Assembly: GCA_041499075.1 (NCBI GenBank) | Contig: JBGQJN010000001.1 | Span: forward strand, 10,388-74,387 | Reading direction: 5' to 3' | Length of the DNA stretch: 64,000 nt | Source: Minisyncoccia bacterium | GTDB lineage: Bacteria > Patescibacteriota > Minisyncoccia > 2-02-FULL-40-12 > IGHO2-01-FULL-4-A | Shown here: positions 38,801 through 47,963 of the stretch, one piece after another | Layout: each line of letters opens with the position of its first letter | Numbering within the stretch: the first letter of the stretch is position 1 | Notes under the pieces: model-generated | What the model was told of the DNA's origin: nothing | The model's database searches: none | The model's input: only the letters and a program-made list of their open reading frames with translations | Translations under genes and position numbers: made by a program

Positions 38801-39457
38801 ATTGACGGTAAAATTACCAGTCTAGAAGAGAAAGGCGGCCAATTCATCGTCAAAATGATTTCTGATATCGGTGAAGAGCGAGAATATTTAACAATGCCGG
38901 GCAGCCAACCGACGGTGGCGGCTGGAGATCTAATAACCGCCGGCCAACAGCTCTCCGATGGTCACGTTGACCTGAAAGAGTTGTTTCAAACCACTGCCAG
39001 CATTGAAGTTGTAGCTAGATATGTTATCCGTGAAGTACAAAGCATTTATCTGGCGACCGGTGAAGGCGTCAATGATAAACATGTTGAATTGATAGTCAGA
39101 CAGATGTTCTCGCGCGTGAAAATTACAGAAGCGGGTGACACAGATCTATTGCCCGGTGATGTCGTGGAAAAACGCACTCTGCTTGAAGCCAATATCGCAG
39201 CTAAACAAAACCAGCAAGGCGGTGGCAAACCGGCTCAATTCCAGCAGTTACTTTTGGGCATAACTAAAGTTTCTCTCTCAACCGAAAGCTATCTCTCTGC
39301 CGCATCCTTCCAAGAAACTGCCAGAGTCTTGATTGACGCGGCAATTTCAGGCAAAGAGGATCCTCTGCGCGGACTTAAAGAAAATGTCATCATTGGCCGG
39401 CTCATTCCTGCCGGTACTGGGTATGGGCAGGTTAGCCAGCCGGTTACAGAAGAGTAG
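35870..39457 (+). CDS. rpoC: RNA polymerase beta' subunit
   Basis: NADFDGDQM, GEPGTQLTMRTFH and LKENVIIGRLIPAGTG motifs. Confidence 0.99.
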   Translation: MNFSALKLKIASPEEILEWSYGEVTKPETINYRTQKPEKEGLFSESIFGPTKDWECYCGKYKRIRYKGIICDRCGVEVTRSIVRRERMGHIKLASPIAHIWFLRGVPSRIATLLDVSLPDLERVIYFASYIVTKVNEELKVEAVKKMESEFKSLIKNAKQETEQDKIKAQKERERENLRSLKKYQILSELDFRDLSLKYGEVFEASIGAEAVRRLLEEMNLEEEVKKGEASVKDMDNTVAQKKMLRRLKMLKRMWRSNIRPEWMIMTVLPIIPPLLRPMVQLDGGRFATSDLNDLYRRVINRNNRLKHLLELRAPEVITKNEKRMLQEAVDALIDNSMRRGQTLVSASTGQKRALKSLADMLKGKQGRFRQNLLGKRVDYSGRSVIVIGPGLKLGECGLPKYMALELFKPFIINYLKTKGLAHNIRSANHLIDQEVPEVWEALDEAIKDKLVLLNRAPTLHRLSVQAFKPVLIEGKAIKIPALPTRAFNADFDGDQMAVHLPLTKEAQQEAQDLMLSTHGILKPASGEPVAIATRDITFGCYYLTSIHNGATGENKIFSSESETMLAYDHGVIDLRAKIKVHLTKKPANGEDKLVETTIGRIIFNHALPEAHIFINKTLNQTDLRNIEAEILHNYGEDRTVEFLDAIKEYGFHYATVSGVSWGMNDLRIPIEKNELIAEAEKIIEENKSLYEQGLLTEYERKSKAIELWTLTKSKLEKLVSKQFGEDDAVFMMVDSKARGNWGTVNQLAGMRGLMVKPDGELIELPVKSSFKQGLNVLEYFISTHGARKGLVDTALRTATAGYLTRRLVDVAQDVVIKEEDCKDKEGYTLHAQDGKAAGGENIGKRLHGRTLLEDIKDAEGNVIAKKGQVVNREVSHKIDQIKLDKIRIRSVITCKAVDGICRMCYGYDLSKNKLVEIGEAVGIVTAQAIGEPGTQLTMRTFHTGGVASVGDITMGLPRVQEIFEVRPPSGKALISEIDGKITSLEEKGGQFIVKMISDIGEEREYLTMPGSQPTVAAGDLITAGQQLSDGHVDLKELFQTTASIEVVARYVIREVQSIYLATGEGVNDKHVELIVRQMFSRVKITEAGDTDLLPGDVVEKRTLLEANIAAKQNQQGGGKPAQFQQLLLGITKVSLSTESYLSAASFQETARVLIDAAISGKEDPLRGLKENVIIGRLIPAGTGYGQVSQPVTEE

Positions 39458-39523
39458 ACGCTCGCTCAAGTAAAATATAAAAATAAAAAACCCACAATAA
39501 GTGGGCCAATCTATGTACGAAAG

Positions 39524-40003
39524 CTATTCATCTTTTTTAAACTTGATACTCTTAAATATTTTTAAGACTAATTGTCTTTGGCTAGAGCTAAGATCTTGAG
39601 TGCTCGTTATAGACAAAGCAACCCATTGTCGCATTACCAACTTATTTTGTAAGTACATCCCAATTAAACCTTTTTCTGCCCTGGCATTTACAATTTTGGT
39701 TCTGTGACCAATCCTAAACTTGTGCGCAAACTTAGCAATAATATTTCCCCTGTTTACGCGGTAGTCTTTTCCCTCATAATCACTAAGGCTATTAGAATAC
39801 CACCCGTAATCGAAACTTAAAGCTATCATATCTCCTTTAAAGCTACCAATAAAAGAATCTACACCTCTTGCTGGCTGGAATACCCAACCAGAAGGCAAAG
39901 AAATAGTAAACGGACCGACATCCTTAACTTGCCATTTAGATTGGCCTAAGCATTGAGAAGCCAAGAATAAAAAGATCAATACAGGAATAGCTCTTCGTGA
40001 CAT
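39524..40003 (-). CDS. Hypothetical secreted protein
   Basis: N-terminal signal-like segment; AGGAG RBS. Confidence 0.65.
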   Translation of the reverse strand: MSRRAIPVLIFLFLASQCLGQSKWQVKDVGPFTISLPSGWVFQPARGVDSFIGSFKGDMIALSFDYGWYSNSLSDYEGKDYRVNRGNIIAKFAHKFRIGHRTKIVNARAEKGLIGMYLQNKLVMRQWVALSITSTQDLSSSQRQLVLKIFKSIKFKKDE

Positions 40004-40154
40004 ATTAACTCCTAATTTTAAAGATCGTCTATCAAAGTCTATGCCAAACTTAACCCAAAGTAAATAGATTGATTAGCCTAAAACAAAAACGCCACGGCGG
40101 GGATGGGCCCGCGCGTGGCGTGATTTTTTGGGGGAATTTTCGCTTCAGTGTTTG

Positions 40155-40988
40155 TTAGTCAACACCAAAATCGTACAATTTGCCGCCGGCGCTAGCCATA
40201 TCGCCAACGGCTCTGACGCCGCCGGCCGGGTAGAAAGCGTACTCGCCCGGCTTGAGTGGCTCCTCGAAGATGATCTGGTACTGCTCGCCTGCTTTCTTGG
40301 CAGTGAACTTCACCAGATTCTTCTTCTCAAAGCCGACGCTCTGACCGGTGATGCCCATGGAACCGATGGTCACCTCTCTCTTGTCCGGCTGCCTTTCCAG
40401 ATGCAGCAGAACGTACTCCCTAGGACTAGAATCGTCCCGAGGAATGAAGAGTAACGTCGGTTGTCTGCTGGTCCGAATACGGGCAGCCGGTCCTTGAATT
40501 TCGGCCTTTTCTCGCCCTTTGAGGGCGCCGAAGGTTCCAATCATCTTGCCGGCACTTTTGATGCCGATCTTCTGCCGGCCGAAGGCAGTCGCTTCGATTT
40601 GGTCCAGCTTGCCATCCTGGACTAGATAGAAGCCTGGTTTGGTCGGCTGGCCGGTGATGGCCGTTGCCGCCGGCATGTCCCTTGTGACCGGCGAGATCTT
40701 TACGGTTGGCATCGGTGCCGGTGATGTAGCCAGAAGCGCCAGGATGACCTCCTCCTTGCAGGAGGCTCCCTTAAGGGTCATCACCTGGCCACTACTGACC
40801 GGTGCCTGCGGCGGCCGTTGTTTTATGAACGCCAGAATGATACTGTCCGACGTTCTGCCAATACAGAGCTGGGCGATACCATCAACAACGGGGTCGGCCG
40901 TGGTGGTCTCGGCTCCGGCGGTCATCGTAACCGCCAGGAGGATTGTAACCAAGCAAAACATCTTGATCTTCATGCTATTTTCCTCCAA
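40155..40988 (-). CDS. Hypothetical secreted protein (GC-rich, likely acquired)
   Basis: Signal peptide MKIKMFCLVTILLAVTMTAGA; GGAGG RBS before the second Met. Confidence 0.7.
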   Translation of the reverse strand: MEENSMKIKMFCLVTILLAVTMTAGAETTTADPVVDGIAQLCIGRTSDSIILAFIKQRPPQAPVSSGQVMTLKGASCKEEVILALLATSPAPMPTVKISPVTRDMPAATAITGQPTKPGFYLVQDGKLDQIEATAFGRQKIGIKSAGKMIGTFGALKGREKAEIQGPAARIRTSRQPTLLFIPRDDSSPREYVLLHLERQPDKREVTIGSMGITGQSVGFEKKNLVKFTAKKAGEQYQIIFEEPLKPGEYAFYPAGGVRAVGDMASAGGKLYDFGVD

Positions 40989-41125
40989 GCGGTTGTGAGA
41001 TACCGCAAAACTTAAGTTAACGAACTACCTTATAATAATAGCATACTTTAGCAAAAGTAGCAAGTACCACATCAAAAAACCTTGTAAAACAAGGTTTTTT
41101 GATGAATAAAATCAACGAATTGCAT

Positions 41126-41461
41126 TCAGCTCTTCTTAACCCTACGTTGAGTATCGCGAATCTTAGATTTGAACTTTTTGATCTGGCGCTCTATCTCATC
41201 GCGCACGGAATCTATGGCTGTATGCAAATCAATATTCTCATTGACGCCACGCAAGAGCTTGCTGCCTATCTTAAGGTTAATTTCTGCATAATAGACAAGA
41301 CCCTTCTTGTGATGCTTAGACAGCTTACCGACTTCAACTCTAGTTTCGCTTAACCGATCATCCTTATTTAGAAATTTGGAGATCATAGCCATCTTTTCTT
41401 CAATAAAAGCTTGAATAGATGGAGTCAGATCTATATTTTTGGCATGAATCATCAATTTCAT
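41126..41461 (-). CDS. hpf: Ribosome hibernation factor / RaiA-like protein
   Basis: AKNIDLTPSI..FIEEK and DLHTAID...IERQIKKFK motifs. Confidence 0.88.
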   Translation of the reverse strand: MKLMIHAKNIDLTPSIQAFIEEKMAMISKFLNKDDRLSETRVEVGKLSKHHKKGLVYYAEINLKIGSKLLRGVNENIDLHTAIDSVRDEIERQIKKFKSKIRDTQRRVKKS

Positions 41462-41963
41462 CCCGCTAATCTTAGCACACTAGAGAATAATTGAAAACCC
41501 TCCGCCATAAGCGGAGGGTTTTCTGGTCGCGCCAGCTGGCGCGAGGAAGAGACTATATTTGCAAGCGAGTCTACAAGTAAAGAATTTATTTGAGACGAGC
41601 GAAGCAAATACATGCCTGTCGCATTGCGACAGTGCCTATATTCTCTTCTTTTTCTTTGCTTTTTTTCTTGGCATAGTCTAAGTATACGAGACGATGAGAC
41701 AAAATCTTAAATCAAATTTTTGATATTTGATTTTTGATATTTGATTCGATCATCTCGCCCTCCTAATATGACAGTCGACCAAACTGCCAACGTAAACTAA
41801 AAGCTAAAAACGAAAAGTAGAAAATTTTTAATGAATCTCTACTAACGCTTACCTCTTAATTATACTGCAAAAAAATAATAATAAAACAAAAAAGTTGATA
41901 ACTTTTAGGAATAAAAAGGAGCCATAATTTTTTCAACATCATGTAAAAAAATTTCTGGCTCCT

Positions 41964-42413
41964 TTAGATGTCTAATCTGACAAATTCGCCTATTTTAATA
42001 TTCTCACCGAGCTTGGCAACAGATTGGTTGATGAGTTCCTTAATGGTAACATCTTGATCTTTGATGAAAGGCTGGACCAGGAGTTCTTTGGTATTTTCCG
42101 GAGCCATCGCGGCCACATGCATGGCAAGATTATGGGCCAGTTCTACAAACAACGGGTTGCGGGCTACGAAATCGGTCTCACAAAGCAGTTCTACCATGGC
42201 ACCAACCTTTTTGGTGGCATGGATGTAGGATTCTATTATCCCTTCACCGGTAGTACGGGCGGATTTTTTTTCGGCAATCGTCGCACCGTGAGCTTTCAAC
42301 ACATTAATCGCTCTGGCTTTATCACCGCCGGCCTCTTCCAGTGCACGCTTGATTTGCGCAAAAGAAAAACCTGTCGTATCACGAAGCTCCTTGATTATTT
42401 CAATGTCAGGCAT
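41964..42413 (-). CDS. tsf: Elongation factor Ts (short form)
   Basis: [16 protein letters not shown] and LGENI motifs. Confidence 0.96.
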   Translation of the reverse strand: MPDIEIIKELRDTTGFSFAQIKRALEEAGGDKARAINVLKAHGATIAEKKSARTTGEGIIESYIHATKKVGAMVELLCETDFVARNPLFVELAHNLAMHVAAMAPENTKELLVQPFIKDQDVTIKELINQSVAKLGENIKIGEFVRLDI

Positions 42414-42417
42414 AATG

Positions 42418-43125
42418 TTATTGACTGGCGACTGGTGACCCGATTGCTTTTTTGATGGTTTCCAATATCAGCTCCACTGATTTTTTAGAATTATCGTTGG
42501 CCATAATCGGGTAATCAATTTGCTTGGGATCGCTATCAGTGTTTACTATGCCGACTATCTTAATCCCCATTTTCTTAGCCTCATGAACCGGTAACTGGCT
42601 TTCCTTCAAAGAAGAGACAAAGATAATATCCGGCAGGCGCGCCAGCTTGCGGATGCCGTCAAATTTCTTCTTCATGGCCACAATTTCGCGCTCTTTAAGG
42701 ATTCTTTCTTTTTTGGTAAATTTCTCAAAGCCATCTTCGGCTTGTTTTTTTTCAAGATCTTCCAGGTATTTTACTCGCGCCATAATTGTCTTAAAATTAG
42801 TGGCTGTACCACCAAGCCAGCGTTCTATGACATACGGCATATTAAGGGCTTCGGCTGTGGCTTTGACGGCTTCAGCCGATTGTTTAGTCAAACCGACAAA
42901 TAAAATCAGCTTGCCTTCAGCCAGCGCCGACTTCAAAAAATTAGCCGCTTTTATCAAACTGCCGGTTGTTTTGATCAAATCAAGGATGTAGATATTATCC
43001 TTGAGAGTATAGACGTAGGGCTTCATATTTGGATGAAAAACGGTCTTCTTACGACCAAAATGCATCCCCGATTTGACCATGTCTTCATAGGCCGGCAATA
43101 AGTTTTGGATGTTTGTTTCTGGCAT
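42418..43125 (-). CDS. rpsB: 30S ribosomal protein S2
   Basis: GMHFGR, RWLGG..TN, DS.P and ANDNS motifs; start taken at MPETN. Confidence 0.96.
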   Translation of the reverse strand: MPETNIQNLLPAYEDMVKSGMHFGRKKTVFHPNMKPYVYTLKDNIYILDLIKTTGSLIKAANFLKSALAEGKLILFVGLTKQSAEAVKATAEALNMPYVIERWLGGTATNFKTIMARVKYLEDLEKKQAEDGFEKFTKKERILKEREIVAMKKKFDGIRKLARLPDIIFVSSLKESQLPVHEAKKMGIKIVGIVNTDSDPKQIDYPIMANDNSKKSVELILETIKKAIGSPVASQ

Positions 43126-43159
43126 ATTAGTCAGAATGGTAGCAAGAAAAGTTAAATTA

Positions 43160-43337
43160 TGCAAATTTTTGAGCTTGGCGCGTACACTCTCTATCACCAT
43201 TTGTCCGCTCAGCGAGCGGACTGCATTCCGTTGAAAGCGTGGATTTTACTCGCAGTGGCGAATTATACTGCTCACAAACCATGCAATCCACTCTTTCAAC
43301 GGTGCTATAGAGCATGTGCGCCAGACTCAAAAATTTA
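43160..43337 (-). repeat. Diverged family A-like structured element upstream of rpsB
   Basis: Long terminal stem, hairpin gcagtataattcgccactgc and hairpin gtccgctcgctgagcggac in the same order as family A. Confidence 0.6.
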
Positions 43338-43339
43338 TC

Positions 43340-43519
43340 CAAAAATTACAAACCGGAGCCGATAGCAATCGGCGATACCTGGCAATCAGATAGTTATTAA
43401 GTAAAGGATGTTTTAGTAGGCGGAGGCGCGTGCGTTTTGCGCCTGTCCCGAAGGGCCAGCAAAACACGCGCGCGTAGCCGTACTAAATACTTTTTTGCTA
43501 AGTGGGTTTGTAATTTTTG
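43340..43519 (-). repeat. Structured repeat family B, copy 1
   Basis: 15-bp terminal inverted repeat caaaaattacaaacc; the core is the reverse complement of 58339-58455. Confidence 0.88.
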
Positions 43520-43532
43520 AGGAAACTGGCAA

Positions 43533-44102
43533 TTATTTTAAGACATACAAATACACCAAATGGCGCCCTATTTTTTGAGATTTAAGCAGTTGGAATTCCG
43601 GGTGAGAAGTAAGATCAATCGGAAAACTGGGACAGAGGATTTTAATGCCTGGCCTGACTTCACACGCAATCTTAGAAGCAAGCTGGTTAATTAACTTGGG
43701 AAAAAGATACATATAGATAAAGGTTGCCTCCGACAAATCGGCAGACAGGAAATCTCGTCTCTTGATATTAAGCTTTGCCCTATCGGCGGCAGAGGTATTG
43801 AGAGCTAATGCAAATTTAGATTCCAGGTACGGCCAGAAAGATACCTCACAGCCAACGGCTTTTTTGACGCCGAAATTTTTAACTGCCGATATCAGCACTC
43901 GCCCGTCACCAGAGCCGAGATCGTAAAAAATATCCTTGCCGGATAAGCCACCAAATGATAATAACTCCCCCACTAGTTTGCTCGCTATCGGAACATAAGG
44001 CGCACCGTGAATGCTTGAAACTACACCCGACAGTAAAAATACACTAAAAACTAACACTACGGCCAACATCAAAAATAAAATAAAAACAAGAAGCAGAATC
44101 AT
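43533..44102 (-). CDS. Membrane-anchored class I SAM methyltransferase
   Basis: GAPYVP, YDLGSGDGR and YMYLFP motifs. Confidence 0.85.
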   Translation of the reverse strand: MILLLVFILFLMLAVVLVFSVFLLSGVVSSIHGAPYVPIASKLVGELLSFGGLSGKDIFYDLGSGDGRVLISAVKNFGVKKAVGCEVSFWPYLESKFALALNTSAADRAKLNIKRRDFLSADLSEATFIYMYLFPKLINQLASKIACEVRPGIKILCPSFPIDLTSHPEFQLLKSQKIGRHLVYLYVLK

Positions 44103-44172
44103 GAATTAACTTTACAAAATAGCCATGAAAAACACAAAACCCCGCTAAGGGGTTCGTGTTTTTTAATAATAT

Positions 44173-44550
44173 CTAGAATGCGCCACCGCTCAAGCTAGAT
44201 ACAACGTAGTTTGCGGTAGCAAGTATCAAACCAACAGCCACCACCACCACTATTCCTATGAAACCATGAAGTATCGTGCCTCTGGCTTCCTCCGCCTTTT
44301 TCGCGTCACCTCGGGCAAGCATGTATTTCAAACCACCATAAACTATGAAAATAACTCCGATCGTGACACCAACTACCATCAAATATGTAGCAGCCTGGTT
44401 GATGATGCCAACAATACCATTTAATGTTACTGCTCCCGTTGTAGAACCAGGATTAGGAATAGGCACCTTTGCTTGTGCTAATGCTAATAACGGTAAGGCA
44501 AACCATGCCAACGGACTTGCCATCTTAATCATTTTTTTAATTTTATTCAT
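44173..44550 (-). CDS. TrbC/VirB2-like pilin
   Basis: Signal peptide followed by IVYGGLKYMLARGD..KAEEAR..I...IG two-TM pilin motif. Confidence 0.8.
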   Translation of the reverse strand: MNKIKKMIKMASPLAWFALPLLALAQAKVPIPNPGSTTGAVTLNGIVGIINQAATYLMVVGVTIGVIFIVYGGLKYMLARGDAKKAEEARGTILHGFIGIVVVVAVGLILATANYVVSSLSGGAF

Positions 44551-44677
44551 ACGACACCCCCCTTCAGACTAGAATCTAGCGCTAGTTTTTAGTTACTAGT
44601 GCTTATCGCCGGCTGAACTAAAAACTAAACCTAGAACCTAGAAATCTTAATATTAAATTCTTGTTTCTATAGACAAA

Positions 44678-45700
44678 TTAACAAACTAGCGGAATAATGG
44701 AAACACTTGAACCTACCGCGTAAGCAACAGTAGCCATTATAACATACACGCCTATGATTACCAGTAAACCTATCAACACATGGCCAAAATTCTTTGTAGC
44801 GGCGGCAAATGCCGTAGGATTGCCTCTGGCATGCATGAAACGCAAACCGGCAATGACAATGAAAATAACCATTATGCCGTCGGCGGCGGTAAGCAGATAG
44901 CAGGCAAGCTTGGTGATTATCTTAAAAACATCCTGAATGGTCAGGTCAACCCCCGGCAAACCGCTGGTACCCGTAGTAGTCCCCGCTCCCGTCCCCGCTC
45001 CCGTACCCGTACCCGTTCCCGTACCTGTCCCAGTTCCAGTACCTGTCCCAGTTCCAGTACCTGTGCCTGTACCAGTGCCACCACCGGCAGGATTGGTAAC
45101 ACAAGTTGTGCCTGTCCAACTACAAGCTGGATTAAGGTTACATCTATTACCCGTACAATCGTTCGGCACTGGATAGTTAGCACAGCTTGTAATAGTTGAA
45201 CAATTAGGATTGATGGTTGTAGCCCGGGTCTGGATGTTAAATTGCGGTGAGGACCAGGTTTGACCTGGATTGAGACTGGCCAGAGTATCTAAAGCAGCTT
45301 TGGAAGTCCCCTGGCTTGATGCCGAACAATAGAAGAAACCAACGTAACGATTCTGCTGTTGATCAACACCCGAGCTAAAATTATAAGTTATATCTTGACC
45401 GCTGCCAGGAGACAGATACTCATAGTTAATGGCCGATCCGGCAATATAGTGCCTGACGGCATTAAAGAGTGAACCGGAATTGCAGGTAGGAGGTGAGCCA
45501 TTCGATTGTTGAAATACAGAAAAACTTAAATTAACAGTTTGAGCCGGGTCAACACCGGTCGCTCCAGTGGCAAGATCATCGCTTTCGTTGACACAAATAC
45601 CGTTATTACAACTTTGAGCGGTGTTGGTAGCAGAAACATTGTTTCCAATTAAAAACGTTGCAATGATTATTAGAAGCAATATTTTGTAGAAATTTTTCAT
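44678..45700 (-). CDS. Secreted Cys-rich protein with (GT)n linker and C-terminal pilin-like domain
   Basis: Signal peptide, (GT)n repeat and IAGLRFMHARGN motif. Confidence 0.75.
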   Translation of the reverse strand: MKNFYKILLLIIIATFLIGNNVSATNTAQSCNNGICVNESDDLATGATGVDPAQTVNLSFSVFQQSNGSPPTCNSGSLFNAVRHYIAGSAINYEYLSPGSGQDITYNFSSGVDQQQNRYVGFFYCSASSQGTSKAALDTLASLNPGQTWSSPQFNIQTRATTINPNCSTITSCANYPVPNDCTGNRCNLNPACSWTGTTCVTNPAGGGTGTGTGTGTGTGTGTGTGTGTGTGTGAGTGAGTTTGTSGLPGVDLTIQDVFKIITKLACYLLTAADGIMVIFIVIAGLRFMHARGNPTAFAAATKNFGHVLIGLLVIIGVYVIMATVAYAVGSSVSIIPLVC

Positions 45701-45704
45701 TGAA

Positions 45705-46835
45705 TTACGGGCCTTTTAAGCTCAGTATACTTTGGATTAAGCTGACAAATCCTTTGCCAATCAATACAATTGCCAGACCGATGACGGCATAGGTCAAAGC
45801 TTTTTTGCCCAACTCATAACGTTTAGGGCTACCGCCGGAAGTTAGCAATAAAATACCGGCATAAATTATTACAATCACCGCAAGCGGTATTGAAAGATTA
45901 AAAATCCAGGTACCAATGATGTTGACTAGATCTTGAAAGGTACTGATACCGATGGGGTTTTGTAAAGTAAAGGTTTGGTTGCCACCGCCAGTTGTGCCAC
46001 CGCCAGTTGTGCCACCGCCACCACCACCACCAGCAGCAGCACAGCCTGTACAATTATCGGTGCCCGCTCCCGGCACCACAACACAAACATTACTTTGACA
46101 TTCCTTGTGGCTTTGCGTCGACACCTCTTTTCCGCATAAAGTGCTGTCGCTTAGTTTCGCACATTGTGTCCTATCCGTGCAACCAGTCGTATTGACACAG
46201 GTACTGTCGTTTTTGGAATCACAAATATAAACAGTTTTCCCAACGGCATCGGGTCCGGTACACGCGAAGATGTTGTATGTGCCCGATGTTAGTTTTATAG
46301 AATACTGGCCGCTCGAGGTAAGAATTGTACAATTGTTTGTAAAAAAGCCGCCGGTTTTGCAAACCACAACATAGGCTTTTACTGGCATGCTATCCCCGGC
46401 TGTAAAACCTCCTATATTGGAATCTATAAGATCAGATGGTGTAACCGTAACAGAACTGCCATAAGGCGTCGGCTTATTCTGCGTCATATTTATAGTATTG
46501 GTTGCATACCTATTTCCTAGACCGTTTTTTGCTTGGGGCGGTGCATCGCTTAAATCAAGTGAATAGGCTTGGTAAAAATCATAGTAAACATAAAACTTAT
46601 TAGAACAAATGGTACCGTCAACGCTACAATAGCCATCGCATGTTCCACCGTTAACAAAGCCGCCCATAGTCACTTGGCTTGTGATCGTAAGCGGTCGGTT
46701 AAAAGACAAATTGCCCGAAGGAAGATTTACTTGAATATTTGCCGTACAATTAGCACTTGCAATTTTTACCGGAATCAAAACAAACAAAAAACCCGCGATT
46801 AATGTAACGATTAAAATTTTATAAGTATTCCGCAT
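45705..46835 (-). CDS. Secreted Cys-rich protein with Gly linker and C-terminal pilin-like domain
   Basis: LQNPIG and IIYAGILLLTSGGSP..GKKALTYAVIG motifs. Confidence 0.78.
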   Translation of the reverse strand: MRNTYKILIVTLIAGFLFVLIPVKIASANCTANIQVNLPSGNLSFNRPLTITSQVTMGGFVNGGTCDGYCSVDGTICSNKFYVYYDFYQAYSLDLSDAPPQAKNGLGNRYATNTINMTQNKPTPYGSSVTVTPSDLIDSNIGGFTAGDSMPVKAYVVVCKTGGFFTNNCTILTSSGQYSIKLTSGTYNIFACTGPDAVGKTVYICDSKNDSTCVNTTGCTDRTQCAKLSDSTLCGKEVSTQSHKECQSNVCVVVPGAGTDNCTGCAAAGGGGGGGTTGGGTTGGGNQTFTLQNPIGISTFQDLVNIIGTWIFNLSIPLAVIVIIYAGILLLTSGGSPKRYELGKKALTYAVIGLAIVLIGKGFVSLIQSILSLKGP

Positions 46836-46884
46836 ATTTAATTTGATTGGATTTCTTTTATCAAGGGCTCTAAAATGTCAAACG

Positions 46885-47073
46885 TTAGTTGGTTAGCAGG
46901 TCTTGCGCAAGGCGATCAATCTTTTCCGGGATCAGTTGAATTATTAAATCAATATCGGCTGTAAACCGCGGCCTACCCCAAATCGCAAGGGCAAAACTTC
47001 CGGTAATAACGTAGGAAATTCTTAAATTATCAAGGATTGCGGCTATTATTGTCAGTAAGTTTTCTTGCTCCAT
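46885..47073 (-). pseudogene. Truncated nucleotidyltransferase-family gene
   Basis: YVITGSFA....GRPRFTADIDL motif, but the ORF stops after 62 aa. Confidence 0.65.
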
Positions 47074-47227
47074 AATTAAAATATGCCGGGTTAAGCTTGC
47101 GGGCCAACTTAAAGAAATTGCTGACTATTTTTACTTTTTGTTCGGCCGACATTTTTTGAAAAACCTCGTCCTGAATATCTTGAGCGGTTTTTATTTTGGC
47201 CGTTTGAGCTGATGACATATTGGGCAT
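47030..47227 (-). CDS. Small hypothetical protein, partner of the nucleotidyltransferase
   Basis: 65-aa ORF overlapping the NTase start; TA-like two-gene layout. Confidence 0.45.
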   Translation of the reverse strand: MPNMSSAQTAKIKTAQDIQDEVFQKMSAEQKVKIVSNFFKLARKLNPAYFNYGARKLTDNNSRNP

Positions 47228-47274
47228 TGTACTTGCTATTAATTCCCTTATGATATTTTACTACCTAAAACGAA

Positions 47275-47958
47275 TTACGGCAATTTAATCTGTGGAGGAA
47301 GAGGCGGCAATGGGTTGCTAGGTCCGATATTTTTCTTGGTAACCGAACGTCTGACCAGCCAAATGACAATCACGATGGCAATTCCGCCCAACAAGTAAAG
47401 TATCGCCCCCAGCCAATTACTGCCGCTCTTGGCCGCCAGTTGCGGTGTAACGGAAGTACTCGGCGGCGGTTTCAAATGGCAATCAGTCGGACAGTTGTCG
47501 GAATTCTCACCGACATCCGAGTTACAAATATTATCATCATTGCAAAATGAGCTCGCTGAAACGCTCAAAGTCAAAAGTAATTGATTGTTGCTGTCATAAA
47601 AATTGACATTGTCACCATCAGCAAAATATGGTCCCTTTACCGAAAATCTGCCCTTAACAATACTCGTATCAAATTGAAAAGTAGCCAGTATTTTATTTTG
47701 GAAATTAACTATTTCTCCGTGATAAGGGTTGGCTGTTTTTAAAACTGGCACTAAATAGGGTTCGGCGACAATGTCGTATTGAAACTTAACATCCCGATCG
47801 GCGACTAGCTGATTATTAGAAAAGTAAAGATGAAAAAGATATGTAAAACCACTATCACTTGCAGTTTTGGTATCAGCGCTAGTTTTGTACGCGTAGAACC
47901 CGGCTACTGAAACTAGCCCTATGAATAAAAATACAAATATTTTTTTAATCTTAAGCAT
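47275..47958 (-). CDS. Hypothetical surface protein with a Cys motif and C-terminal TM
   Basis: CNDDNICNSDVGENSDNCPTDC motif; TM segments at both ends. Confidence 0.7.
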   Translation of the reverse strand: MLKIKKIFVFLFIGLVSVAGFYAYKTSADTKTASDSGFTYLFHLYFSNNQLVADRDVKFQYDIVAEPYLVPVLKTANPYHGEIVNFQNKILATFQFDTSIVKGRFSVKGPYFADGDNVNFYDSNNQLLLTLSVSASSFCNDDNICNSDVGENSDNCPTDCHLKPPPSTSVTPQLAAKSGSNWLGAILYLLGGIAIVIVIWLVRRSVTKKNIGPSNPLPPLPPQIKLP

Positions 47959-47963
47959 ATTAA

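Noticed and set aside
43126-43200. N-terminal extension of RpsB
   Set aside because: It derives partly from the arm of the structured element; MPETN is the more plausible start.
44937-45176. (PV)n proteins here and at 48634-49005, and a (GV)n ORF at 61596-61928
   Set aside because: These are antisense readings of (GT)n and (PT)n linkers.
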